64,000 nucleotides of DNA from Octopus sinensis (Eukaryota), in NCBI RefSeq assembly GCF_006345805.1, contig NC_042998.1, forward strand, positions 129,642,001-129,706,000, written 5' to 3'. The first letter of the stretch is position 1. Each line of letters begins with the position of its first letter. The position numbers were made by a program, and so were the translations under genes. This document shows positions 14,338-27,563 of the stretch, piece after piece. The notes under the pieces are model-generated. The model saw only the letters and a list, made by a program, of their open reading frames with translations, had not been told where the DNA came from and did not search any database.

Positions 14338-15550
14338 TACATGAAGTTCCTGGTTTTAAAGCTATCGCAAAAGAGTAGATATATTGCCTTTGAAGGAGAG
14401 ATAGGACAACCATTTAGACGAAGGTATGCAAAAAAAATCAAGATGGTATACAATATATCTTTCTTTTTTTTTCAGATTTAACGTATGATGGCAGGTCCTA
14501 CTGTAGATTTTAGCAAAATTGAAGCACGGGCAGTCAAGAAGTTCCTCCTTTTGCAAGGTAAAGGAGCGGCAGAAATTCATGGTGAGATGAAGTCGTGAAG
14601 GGTGGTTGCCCATCTTACTCCACAGTGAAAATCTAAGTTTCGGACTGGTCATTTCGAGGTCACAAATGAAACCTAGTGAGTACGGTCAATTTCCTCGACT
14701 ACAGAGAACAAAACCGCCACTGTGCACGTCATGATTATTGAGGACAGCCGGATTTCAGCTAAAGTCACTGCTGAAATTGGGGATTTCCCGCAAAGGAGTT
14801 AGCCACATCATCCACAACATTCTGGAGATGAGGCTTTCCACAAAATGAGTGCTGAAATGCCTGAATGCAGACCAAAAGTGCAGCAAAGTGACATCAATGG
14901 CGATTTTCGACCGGTTTCCAGCGAGAGAAGTTGATTTTATGGCTCATTTAGTCATCATGGATGCAAGTTGGCTTTATCATTATCATCATCCCCATTCCAA
15001 GTAGCAATCAATGAAATGGCGTCATAACGGTTCAGCTCGTCCCAAGAATATTCGAACCCAGAAATTAGCTGGAAAGATTCTGGCTTCAGCGTTCCTCATT
15101 ACATACCTGCCAAAGAGTCGCACCATCAACACAATACTACATGTCTCTGTTGGACGAACTACGTGAAGCTTTGAAGCAGACACGACGTGGAAAGTTGAGC
15201 TGTGGCGTCCTCTATTTTTTTCAGGACAATGTACCTGCACACACAGCATATGAAACTCTACGGAAACCCCACCTTACTCTCGCGACCTGGCCCCCTCCGA
15301 CTATCACATCTTGCCAGAACTGAAGAAACTTAGCAAGGGAAATTGTGATCGCTATTACAAAGGCCTGGTGATCGCTGTTACAAAGGCCTGGCTGGAGTCC
15401 CTCCCTTCCGAGATCCTTTTTCGGGGCTTAGAAAGTTTGAAAGACCACTGCAATAAGTGTGTGGATCCAAGAGTAGAATATGTTGAATAAATTCATAATT
15501 AACTGATCCTCCTATATATTCTTTAACCCAAAGCCAGAAACTTAATGACA
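14338..15550 (+). mobile_element. Degraded mariner (DD34D) DNA transposon
   Basis: Motifs IEARAVKKFL, VLKCLNADQK (WVPxxL-like), VIMDASW, QDNVPAH and YSRDLAPSDYH. Degenerate terminal inverted repeats (TIRs) at about 14340-14361 and 15521-15548. A 23-bp internal tandem duplication lies at about 15346-15391. Confidence 0.85.
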
Positions 15551-16082
15551 GTATCAAAACTAATTTTCATTTCTCCATGACTGATAAGGTAGGCAACAGT
15601 AATATATGCTTACTAATCGTACAATGAACCTTAAACATAGTATTTCATCAACAAGAGAGAAAAATTATACTGGGTTACATATAAATACATCAATATATAC
15701 TTCGAAATGTCTTGCATCACCGATCTACCTTTTAAATTGAAATGCACCTGTTTGCAACATTCAGCTTGCTTGCATATTTCTTTGGAGAAAAACAAAACCC
15801 ATCTCATGTACATTTAGTCATCATGGATGCAAGTTGGCTTGCTTAACTTACTACAAAGGAACAACCGAATCTCTCTCCCAAAGAGTAGCCTTCTGACTGA
15901 TGTAACGAGAAGGTACTAGAATTCTGAATGGTCATACTTGAAACTTCTTGTCCATTAGGTGTAAAAAGACGGCGAATAACAAGAAATGCTTAGCTATACC
16001 TCAGGGCCAACAATATTTGAATTCTTTTGTCATACATCCGCGCGCGTGCACGCACACACATACATATTTATGTCCATACATG

Positions 16083-16083
<1 letters not shown>

Positions 16084-16179
<96 letters not shown>
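16084..16179. repeat. (TTA)n microsatellite
   Basis: Perfect tandem run. Confidence 0.97.
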
Positions 16180-16808
16180 GAGTGAGAGAGCAGTGCATTA
16201 TTACTATTATATATATGTTAGAAATATGTTACAAAAAGGAAATAGAAACTACACGTTGTAATGTAAGGGGAAAGTAAGAAAACTAGACGAAAATGCACAT
16301 TGTAAATCAAAAAAAGTAAACGTTTTTTATGCAACGGAACGAAAGTCATATACAATTAGATGAACTGAGGTAGGAATAAAAGTAATAAAAGTCATTATTG
16401 TGAAATTATTAAAGGGATTCAAGCATACTGGTTTCGTAAGTTACTAATCATTGCTTTGAATACAACTGCTCATTGCTTTTTACTTTGAATACAACTATTC
16501 ATTGCTTTGAATGCTCACCGATAAATGGACGGTGTCAGGTCTAATAGTTCCTGCGAAAAAAGATTGTTTGTAAGGGAGGTAAGTAGTTGTGGATTTGCAT
16601 TCAAAGCAAAAAGCAATGAACAGTTGTATTCAAATGATTAGTAACTTACGAAACCGGTATGCTTGAATCTCTTTATTAATTTCGCAATAATGACTTTTAT
16701 TACTTTTATTCCTACCTCAGTTCATCTAATTGTATATATCTTTCGTTACTTTACCTACTTTACTTTTTTTGATTTACAATGTGCTTTTTCGTCTATTTTT
16801 ACCCCCCC

Positions 16809-16880
<72 letters not shown>

Positions 16881-17332
16881 TGTGAAGGAAGAAAAGCAAG
16901 CTGGCAGGCTTTCTCTGAGGAGCGGTCAACAAATTGTAAACGGTCTGTCAGCAAAGTCTTACGCTTTTTTATAGGCACATATTTGTGAGTGTATTTGTGC
17001 GTACAGCAACAGATATACATTACTCGTATCATGTCATCAAAAAAGATAATCAGGACATTGATTCTTATCTAAGTATGATACTTTGCCATTGAAATTTCAG
17101 CTTGTGTAATTTTTTTTTTGCATGAAACATCAAATTAAAAACCGTCACTATGCAATACGTTATGTACTATGAATGATGTTCGTTAAACTAGTAAATTATT
17201 ATAATAACTTTTGAACTAATTTCATGATGAAATGCAATATATACAAGATGTTGGATCGAAAATGGTATTGCTGTCTCTCAGATTAGAAAACGGTCACATA
17301 TATTTGATACATTTAATTTATAGACGTTTCAC

Positions 17333-17669
17333 TTATAACCCTTTTAGCGAAGGCGGAGGTATTGTTTTTAGTCGTGTTTATTTGTCCGTGGACAAAATAT
17401 CTCAAGAACTGCTGTATGGATTCGGATGAAGCTTTCAGGGATGTTTGGCCTCGTGACTGGCACGAAGGGATTAGATTTTGGCATCGATCCGATATCGGAC
17501 AACAATTCTGGATTAGATTTCCTGTTTTTTTACTTAATTTTTGAGAGCGGTTGGGTTCATTTTTAGTAATCTCGTTTGTGAGAGCAGTCAAGTTTATTTC
17601 ATATATTCTCATTTTAAAAGGACGTTGGTATTGCCTTGGCGGAGGTTTGCGCTCTTGAGTGCCCTTGTT
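17333..17669 (+). mobile_element. Non-autonomous Helentron-type (HINE/DINE-like) element
   Basis: 5' ttataacc...gaaggcggaggt; 3' gccttggcggaggt, then the hairpin gcgctc-tt-gagtgc (17649-17662) and a T-rich end. This is the typical layout of these elements. Confidence 0.55.
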
Positions 17670-18204
17670 ATTTATGGATTTTGATGTAGCAGGTCATCCC
17701 GGGTCAGAAAGGAACACAATACACGTGAACATAATTGCTGAATGTTACGATAACTTCAAAGTAAAGTGCAGTTTCCATAAAGCAGTTTCGATACGATGAA
17801 TGTAGTGAGAAACAATGACTGTAACTAAACCCATATGATGAAAAGTTGGTGTCAGATTTAACGAAGTATTATTTGTCATAACAAGGAATCCGTCGGTTGG
17901 CAATTCTATTTACATGCATTGATAAATAAGGAGCCACGTATTAATAAACGGGAACATTTACGCATACAAGCACACCCATGAACACGCAAGCACATAGAGC
18001 ATATGCAAGTGTTTATGAGTGTGTGTGTGTGTGTGGAGGGGTGTATGTTCCCCTATTTTCAGGTAAATAACTGATGTTTTCCTTAAACAATCTGAAACAA
18101 TAGCATTGTTGTCCTCTGTTTTCATATTTCTGTGTTAATACTTTGTATTTAGTGTCTTTGTTTCCTTGTTGGTTTTGAAGATGTCGTTGTTATATTTGTT
18201 ATTG

Positions 18205-18745
18205 TCTTCTTCTTCTTCTTCTTCTTCTTCTTCTTCTTCTTCTTCTTCTTCTTCTTCTTCTTCTTCTTCTTCTTCTTCTTCTTCTTCTCCTCCTCTTTCT
18301 TCTTCTTCTTCTTCTCCTCCTCCTCCTCTTTCTTCTTCTTCTTCTTCTTCTTCTTCTTCTCGTCCTTCGTCTTCCTCTTGCCATTAATATTGTCGTCATT
18401 ATCACCATCATCGACATCAATATCACCGCTGCTGCTACCACCACCACCACCACCACCACCACCACCACCACCACCACCACTACCATCACCACCACCACCA
18501 CCGCAACCACCACCAATACCGCCACTACCACAACGATGACGACGATGACGACGACCACAACCGCAACCGCCGCCACCACCACCACCACCACCACCATCAC
18601 CACTTCCACCACCACCACCAACACCACCAACACCTTCATCGCCTGTAGCACCAACATAACCACCAACATCACCAGCACCAGCATCGGTAGCAAAACCACC
18701 GACACCACCACCACCACAACCACCACCGCCACCACCATTGTCATC
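18205..18745. repeat. Compound trinucleotide array (TCT)n/(CCT)n/(ACC)n
   Basis: Directly visible; source of the poly-V/R/T ORFs. Confidence 0.95.
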
Positions 18746-19060
18746 GTCCTTTTGTGTTATTTCATTATTTAAAATTCAACAAAATGGTGCCTATATATTT
18801 ACGTAAAGGGAAAGAATAGGATGGCTGTAAAATCGAAATGCTTGCGCTAAAATATTAATAAACAAAAAAAACACACACACAACATAGTTTACATGAAACC
18901 GAATTTGTTTGTCTATATTTCTGTATATTAATGTGATTTCGTGTGTTTAAGTACGTGTGTATGTGGTAGGTGTATGTAAGTGAATGTGTGCGTTTTACTT
19001 GTGTTTTGATAATACGACAAAGACGAAAAATAGGATGCCAGCTTATTTTTCTTCCATTCT

Positions 19061-19092
<32 letters not shown>

Positions 19093-19239
19093 ATTACTGT
19101 CCTTCTTCCTTTTGATTACAAACATTTATCTAAACAATAGATTTATATAACAATGTTGTCTTAGAATTTCGGTAAATACCTCTCGTACATCTGCATTGTT
19201 TTATCTAATTATTCACCATCCTACTACTCCCCTTCCCCT

Positions 19240-19323
19240 CCTCCTCCTCCTCCTCCTCCTTCTTATCATCATCATCATCATCATCATCATCACTATCATC
19301 ACCACAACCACCACCGCCGCCGT

Positions 19324-19354
<31 letters not shown>

Positions 19355-19500
19355 ACCACCACCACCACCACTACCACCACAACCACAATGACGACAGCGA
19401 CGACAACCACGACCACCATAACCTTCCCCATCACCGAACACCGCCATCGAACACGACCACCACTATTACCACCATCACCACCACCACCACCTGACTATGA
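19240..19500. repeat. Compound trinucleotide array (CCT)/(CAT)/(CAC)/(GCC)n
   Basis: Directly visible. Confidence 0.93.
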
Positions 19501-21479
19501 TGGTGATGATGATAGTGATAGTGAATATTGATGGTGATGTCATTGTTGATGTCTCTGCTGCTATTGTTGTTTTTGATGATGTGTGTGCATCTTACGAAAT
19601 TCATTGATTGATCAATGGAAGGGTCACTGCTAAGGAGAACAAGAAAGTGGAATTTTGATAAAATCTATTCAAAAACAGCATTGATTCCACAATTCCAATG
19701 TACCAGTTTCTCTGAAGACATACATTTCCAAACGATTTCATTGAATTCTATAAAAATGCGGTTGTTTCTGTGTTTGCTACTGCTGCCGCTGTCGCTGCTG
19801 GTCTTCTTAATGATAATGATGATGATAGTGTTGGAGTTGTTGTTGTTCTTATGGTGGTGGTTGTGATGGTGGTGAAGTTGAGGATGATATTTCCAATTTG
19901 ATTCTCTTTCTATATTTCTTTTCTCAATTTTCATTATCTAAATCCCTTTCTTTGTTTAGTCATAAATTATTTACTTCATATCTCTTTATTTATTTAATTC
20001 TTTTTTCTTTTCTTTTCTTTTCTTTTTGGCATTTGTTTATTTTGGTATTATTTTCAATTACTTATAGCTGGAAATATGAATAACATACATATTTGTTTAG
20101 ATGTTTATCTGTCTTTATTTATCACATTTACTAAGCTGAGTTCAGCTTAAGTAGTAAACGTAAAGGATGACGCCATTGGTGCTGTTACTGGTTATGATGC
20201 TTTGTATACTGATGGTTCTCTTTGTTATTGTTCTGTTGGTGGTGGATGGCATTGTTATTGCTACTGTTGATGTTTCGAGTCTTTCTAGAATTTTTATTGA
20301 TGCTGCTGGTGTTGCACCTCTTGTTGGCACTGTTTTGCCCGCGATGGTAAAGGTAGTTCTAGAAAGAACTTCATTTTTTTTTCTGTTTAGGTTTTTAGTG
20401 TTTACTTCAATGTCGGCCCTGAATGCTAGTTTGGTTTGCTCTTCCTTTTCAAGTCAGTTTTACATAATTTGTGAGAATATTTGCTAATATCTCAGATTGG
20501 CTATGAGCAGCGCCCTCATTGGCTATTGTGTTATTTTTGCTTAGCCACAATTCAATGCTGATAGAGTAGACTCATAATCAAGACAATCCAAATGGTACAA
20601 TTCTATTCTTTATTGAGACACGGCCTATCCACTAGTATTCTGTAAAAGATGTTCTTCATTTTAGAAACCAGCATGGTGCGGCGTAAGGGAGGTTTATCTT
20701 TTATATGCACTATGTTGACTGAATATGAAAAGGTACCTTCATTTGTGTTAATAATATCGTTGTCCTGAATTCAATATCGATTCTTCTGGTTGTAGTTTTC
20801 TTTTTAACAGTAGTATATTGCGGACAGTGCGGCAGCTGTACAGTACATACTGTCGAGCGGTTGCATAAACTCGAAAGATGGCTAACTGTATCCACATCAG
20901 TAGCTCAATTTTATATTCATTTTTGTCACAGTATCATCAGTCTCACATAGATAGTAATTCTGATCATGTTATTGACAAAGCAAACCAAATGATTGTTTAT
21001 TTATCGCTTAGTAGTTTCAGTCGTTATACTGAAACTCGTATGTAGTTCGGAATAACAAGATGTAGACTGTTATCTCTAGACAATAGACTACTTAATAGCG
21101 AAGCACGCACACATGGACTTCATTACTTATTCAATGAGATGTTTTACAACATACTTTTGGAATACTCTAATTCGGAAGCCTTAGTTTTCATATGCAATTA
21201 AGAGGCTTTATTTTCTTCTAATGCTAAGGCTTTTCAGCATTGTATACTGTTCTTATTTATAGTAATTGAACATATTTTCTGACTTTCTAGAGTATTTTAT
21301 CGTATAGTAATTTCTTACTGACATTAAGTAAAAGTCTTATTTCAATATGTTCATTATGCTTTTAGTTTGCTTTATATAGTTATCCGCATATATTTGACTT
21401 CTTTTCTGAAAGCTATTTGAATTTCGTAGTTATGGCTGTGCTTCAATTGTATGCATGTATAGTATATATAATATATATA

Positions 21480-21572
<93 letters not shown>

Positions 21573-23264
21573 GCAGGGAGAGTGAACACATATACATACA
21601 TAAATAAATACATATATACATACATACACAAATACACATACATATATATGCATGTGTGTGTGTATGTGTATATGCGTGTATTTAGGTGCTTCTATCAGTG
21701 TTTCTGTACACTCATAAATATTTGATTTGATTCTGCTAGTCGTGCGTGGTTTTCATGTGCTTTATCATTTAAAGGATATATTAGGTTTGTTTACTAAACA
21801 AAGACTAATATTGCAACATCAGTTGGTACTTTTAAAGGTTATTCATGCATTCGTTTTAATTGCACCATATCTGTTTCTTAAGAATTTATTTTCCATTTGT
21901 TTCTGTATGTCTGGAAATATTTTCTTCCATTTACGATCTCTCTTGTTACTTACAGTTAGCTTCAAATTTAAAATATTCTGACCAAGTATGACAGTCTCCC
22001 TATATCTGTGACACAGCTTCTATCTTTTAAAATCATTCGAAAGATATATATATTTTTGATTTAATCTTTTATGCTATTATATGCTTCAAAAACTGCGATT
22101 TCTTATAAATCTTGATTTATATAAAATTCAGTATCATTACAGTTGATGAGTAAATATCGATGTTCGTAAGTTAGAGAGAGGAAAATAGAAAGCTTTTCCA
22201 GGACGTATGTAAATAGCGACTACTCAAACCTGGAACCATAATGAATTCCGCAAAAAGTCACCCAAGTAAAAGGCGTACTTCCCAAACAAATATAGTGAAG
22301 TAGCAATAGCAGTTGTTACTTAAACCAGGTAAATACTGAACAAGAAGACCCATTCCAGCCGTGAATATTCCGACTTATTCTTTGTCAGAAAGCCATGTCC
22401 ATAATATATAACTGAGATGCTGACATCTAGCAGGTTGAGCGAGTCTTAAGGAGCTCCTTCCGTGGATCATAGCGCCTGTATTGAGATGATGTTCAAGTGG
22501 AAGGAGGAGAAAAAGGATATGATCATTAATTCTTATGTGGTCGAATCTATTTAAATTTGAGTTTTTCACAAGAGAAATCCGTCTTAGTGGTTAATACATG
22601 ATAGCTGGTTCTGGAAAATTTTATACGCCTGTTAAGTCAGGCATTACCTACACAACAGAGAACCTATTAACGTGTTAATCTTTTCAGCATATTCTTGACA
22701 TTCTCTAATATATAGCTACTTCTTAACCATTCCTTACTTTATATCAAAATCATATTACAATTCATAGTCAAACAGATGCAATGCATGAAATATGCCTTGC
22801 AATTTTTGGTATTAGGCACAATAGTTTTCGTTTGAAAATATGCATGTATGCATCCTTATGCACATATGCATTTTGGTATTTTCTGTGCATGTGCATGCAT
22901 AAATACATATAGAGTTAGGCAGTAAATGCGGACGGAAGGATAACAAGCTTCCTCTAAAGCAATACAAACATCAAAGCAGCTTTAGCACATTCTTTGTCTT
23001 ATTTCCTTCTATTCTGTTCATCGATTCATTCATTGCAATGCGGCTATACAGATGTTCAGAATTCAAAGGTTTCTTCGAGCGTATCGATCTCAGTACTTAA
23101 TTGAATCCGGCATTCTTCTATATTTTGTCGAATTGCTAAGTTATTCTTCTGGTCACAAAACCAGTTACATCAGTTTTGGGGGCTACAACAGAGTTCTACA
23201 GTAAACTCAAAAATGAGTAGATACATACATACATAAATGTGTGTGTGTGTGTGTGTGTGAATGC

Positions 23265-23312
<48 letters not shown>

Positions 23313-23424
23313 ATCTATCTATATCTATCTATCTATCTATATCTATCTATCTATCTATATATATATATATATATACACACACATACACACACACGCACAC
23401 ACACCACACACACACACACACACA

Positions 23425-23530
<106 letters not shown>

Positions 23531-23634
23531 GCATGTATGCATATGGTTTACCACCGAAATCCGGCTTGAACAAAACAGAAAACAAGTTGGTTTTGAAACA
23601 ACTTATCAAAGTGGGCTAGAACTGTTCTAGGAGC

Positions 23635-23665
<31 letters not shown>

Positions 23666-24742
23666 TGTATGTATGTATGTATGTATGTATGTATGTATGC
23701 ATACATTCATACATATTAGAAATAGGGAATAAAGAAGCAAAGCATGTGGTGTCACTTTAGAACTTTGAATTTATAAGTTATAATTTAAACAGTACAGATT
23801 GGTTATAGTAAATAGTTAAATTGTCATGGGATATACAATGAACAGGTGACTACTAACATCCTTATTTAAGGATAGTTTATATTCACTTTTCTCTGTTTCT
23901 CTCATATGACGGATCGCTTAGTTTACCCTGGAAATCCATGCTCAATAACACATGCTCCTCATGCTTTGCTATCCTCGAAGCAGCTGTAAGAGACGATATA
24001 TATATATTAGAAGAAATGAGGTACTCAGAAATCTGGATGGTTTTATATTTACAGATATTTACTAGTATGTTACATGTTTTTATATATCATATATCATATA
24101 TCATATAAATCACTTTCGTCCACTCTAGTGGAGTCTTCAAATTGAACTAAGTTTTGCAGGAATTTTGACTCTTTTTATAGTATTATTGAGTGTGTAGGGG
24201 TGGGGAGAGATATAAGATAGTACAAGAGGGTAATGAATGGGGAGAAAGTGAGAGAGAGCATGTGTGCGTGTGTGTATGTGTGTGTTTTTGTATCTGAAAG
24301 AGAGTTTTAAAGAAAAAGAGGGAAAGGAAGAAGAAGGAGAGAAAGAAGAAAAAATTTAGTTGATATCTTTGCAGCTGGTCAGTTTGTCAATAATAATCGA
24401 TTCTTGGCTTTTAGTAATGGCAAATTCAGCTATTCACTCCACGGGTGTGTGTGTGTGCAAAATGTCCTCTCTAAGTCTCTCTAAAGGAGACTACGGCAGC
24501 TGTACTGGACATTAATAGTTATCGCGAAGCCAATATGGCAGTCCAGAAACATAGGACGAATGCTGCCGTTGGCCAAGAGGCCATTATCTCTAGCTAGCTA
24601 TGTGACACACGAATATGTGTCCACTATAACCTTCGAACAGGGGAAGTCAGCCGCTTCCTCTTGCTGGTTAGGCCTCTGCAGACTAGTTTTAGGGTATTTG
24701 TCCCTTATCAATGCAGAGCAGTCGAAACCCAGCCGGTGTCGA

Positions 24743-24957
24743 TACTGACCGTCTTTTTGAAGGATTATTTACCTAAATTCAGTAGAATACATCCACTGGT
24801 TTTCAAAAGTAGAAATATTAATACGTCTAAGTCTCTCTACATCTCTGCCGTAGTCTCCTTTAGAGAGACTTGGAAATATTAATATTTCTATGTTTGAAAA
24901 CCAGTGGATGTATTCCACTGAATTTAGGTAAATAATCCTTCGAACAGACGGTCAGTA
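24743..24957. repeat. Inverted repeat with ~81-bp arms and a 53-bp spacer containing a second inner inverted repeat
   Basis: 24743-24823 pairs with 24877-24957 with about 4 mismatches. The spacer has aagtctctcta/tagagagactt, and part of it is the reverse complement of about 24472-24497. Confidence 0.85.
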
Positions 24958-24959
24958 GT

Positions 24960-25090
24960 CTCTTATTCTTTTGTAAGCCCAGTACTTATTCTACCGGTCT
25001 CTTTTGCCGAACCGCTAGGTAACGGGGACATAAACACACCAGCATCGGTTGTCAAGCAATGCTAGGGGGACAAACACAGACACACAAACA
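24960..25090 (-). mobile_element. SINE 3' half (same family as 48124-48538)
   Basis: Reverse complement of tttgtcc...ctagcattgcttgacaaccgatgctgg...gggcttaca. Confidence 0.85.
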
Positions 25091-25282
25091 CACACACGCA
25101 TATATATATATTAGCATGAATTATTATAAGGAAGGAAATAGATACGGTAGACACATGTACAAGCGTATACTTATACAAACATAGCTTCATATTTATTCAC
25201 GATATAAGTACGTTCATTGATTATTTATATATATATATATATATTTATATAGACACACATACATACATTCAAAACATACACA

Positions 25283-25433
25283 GGCACAGGAGTAGCTGTG
25301 TGGTAAGATGTGTGCTTAACAATTACATGGTTCCGGGTTCAGTCCCACTGTATGTGTCACTTTGCCAATTGTCTTCTGGCTGACGAAAGCTTTGTGAGTG
25401 GATTTCATAGGTAGAAAGTGACAGCAGCCCATC
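25283..25433 (+). mobile_element. SINE 5' half (same family as 48124-48538)
   Basis: ggcacaggagtagctgtgtggtaag...ggttccgggttcagtcccactg head. Confidence 0.8.
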
Positions 25434-25598
25434 ATGTGTGTGTGTGTGTGTTTGTATGTGTGTGTGTTTGTGTGTTTGTGTGTACATGTATGTATCTTTT
25501 GTGTATGTTTGTCCACATTATGCGTGTGTGTGTGTATTCAAGTCTGCATGTACAACAGTAGATATATATTATATAATATATATATATATATATAATAT

Positions 25599-25653
<55 letters not shown>

Positions 25654-26686
25654 TATATATATATGCGCATATATGATTGTGCGTATGCGGTTTACTCACA
25701 CAGAGAGAAACACATACGTAAATATATACACAACCTGAAAAACAGAGTAGGGAAAGATAGAAAGAGAAAAGGAAAGACAACGATAGAGCTTGAGAGAGAT
25801 ATACTGGGACAGTGAGACTTGTGAGAGAGAGTGAAAGAGAAAGAAAGAGGGAGCGTATAGTAAGGTAGTTAAAAGCAGAATCTCGTGTCATTGACAGATT
25901 TTACTGTAAATGGAGTATTTCTTTTTTGTGTTGTTATTTCAATTTCGGTTGGTTTCGTTATTTTAATATTTTCATACATTAAAAATATTTACATTTCTAT
26001 ATGCTTAGCATTATTACGCTGCTATTTACTGTAAAATTTAAATCTCACCACTTAAAACAACTCATCCGTGAATTTCAAATCCAGTTATATATAATTTAAA
26101 TAGGAACTCTTAGAACGCACCTATGTGTGTGTCTGTATTTGGCTACATACGCATGCGTACGTACGATTTTTTGTAGATATTGTGTCTATGTATGATTGTA
26201 TTATTTTGAGATCTGATATTTTGCTTATAAGGTGATGCGATTGTACATGATGGCAGAACTGTATGCCTACATATAATCTACAAACCACAGCTAACCCCTT
26301 ACTCAAGCGCACTCAAGCAAAAACATACACGCATGCTATATCTCCACCTCTCCCTCTCTCTCTCACACACGTACAGAAAAACCTATACACCCTATATTAT
26401 TTATCCTCAAGAAGCTACAACAGTGAATCAAAGGTTTAGAGTTTCACTCCAAAGCACTTACCAAATTGGAAAATATTTGAAATATTTAATAAATAGAAGA
26501 GGTGTTTCTTTGGGAAAATGTGTTTAAAAATCACACAAAAACACAGAATTTAAAACATACTATCAGTATAAACACATATATAGACATGAATGCAATCCAA
26601 GTGAAATTACACATAAATAGGGTATATATGCTTAAATACACACAAAAAGCTGATACACTCATATAACTCACATATTTAAATATACA

Positions 26687-27563
26687 TATGCGGTCTGATC
26701 AATAAGTATCCGGTCTGTTGCCAGAGTAATGAGGCTAAAGCACGCAGAGTAAAGCTGCTTGGCACAAATTGACCTTAGACTCTGCTGTGCATGCGCACGA
26801 AGTATTAACATTCTAGCTCGCAGTGCTTGGAAAGAAGGTGTATAGCGTGTGATCGTCGCATTGACCATGGCAGAGAAAGTTGCCATGGCGATACCTGCCC
26901 AGAGGACTATGCAAAGTTGCAGAAAGTCTACGAAGAGGGGTGTATGAGACGCACAGAAGTATACGAGTGTTTCCGACGTTTCCAAGATAACCGGAAAAAT
27001 GTTGATATTGAAGAACGTTCTGGGAAACCCACAACCAGCAGAACTGAGAAAATTATAGCAGATAATTCAGCTGTGAGGGAAAATCGTCGAATCACCATCC
27101 GTAGGTTATTAGAGGATGTGCAAATTAGTCACGGTTCAGTTTAGTCCATTATCACTGAAAATTTGGGTATGAGACGCGTGTCTGCCAATTTTGTGCCAAA
27201 ACTGTTTTCAGTTAACCATAAAGACACTCGGGTTTCAGTTGCACAAAATCCTAATTGTATCGAGAACCATGAAAACGTTTTGTAAACTTTGCGTAGCTTT
27301 CTGAGGAAGTATCATCAAGCTTTTGGTAAAATATGATACAAATTATCTGCTCGACTTTCTCTGTCCTGGGCGACGCGAGGATCACACGCTACACACCTTC
27401 CTTCGAAGCACTGATGTAAATAGTGGAAGTGAGGTAGAACGTTAAAACTTATTGCGAATACACAACAGAGTTCAAGGTCAATTTGTGAAAAGCGATTTCC
27501 CTCTGCATGCTTTAGCTTTGTTACTATAGCAACGGTCGGCATACTTATTGATCAGAGCACGTA
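26687..27563 (+). mobile_element. Non-autonomous mariner derivative built from two inverted 5' ends
   Basis: TIRs ggtctgatcaataagtat at both ends with TA target duplications. Transposase N-terminus (HTH region, EERSGKP, FVPKL) on +. About 27315-27563 is an inverted, diverged copy of the first ~230 bp. Confidence 0.85.

Noticed and set aside
18199-18744. 181-aa poly-V/R ORF
   Set aside because: It lies entirely within trinucleotide arrays.
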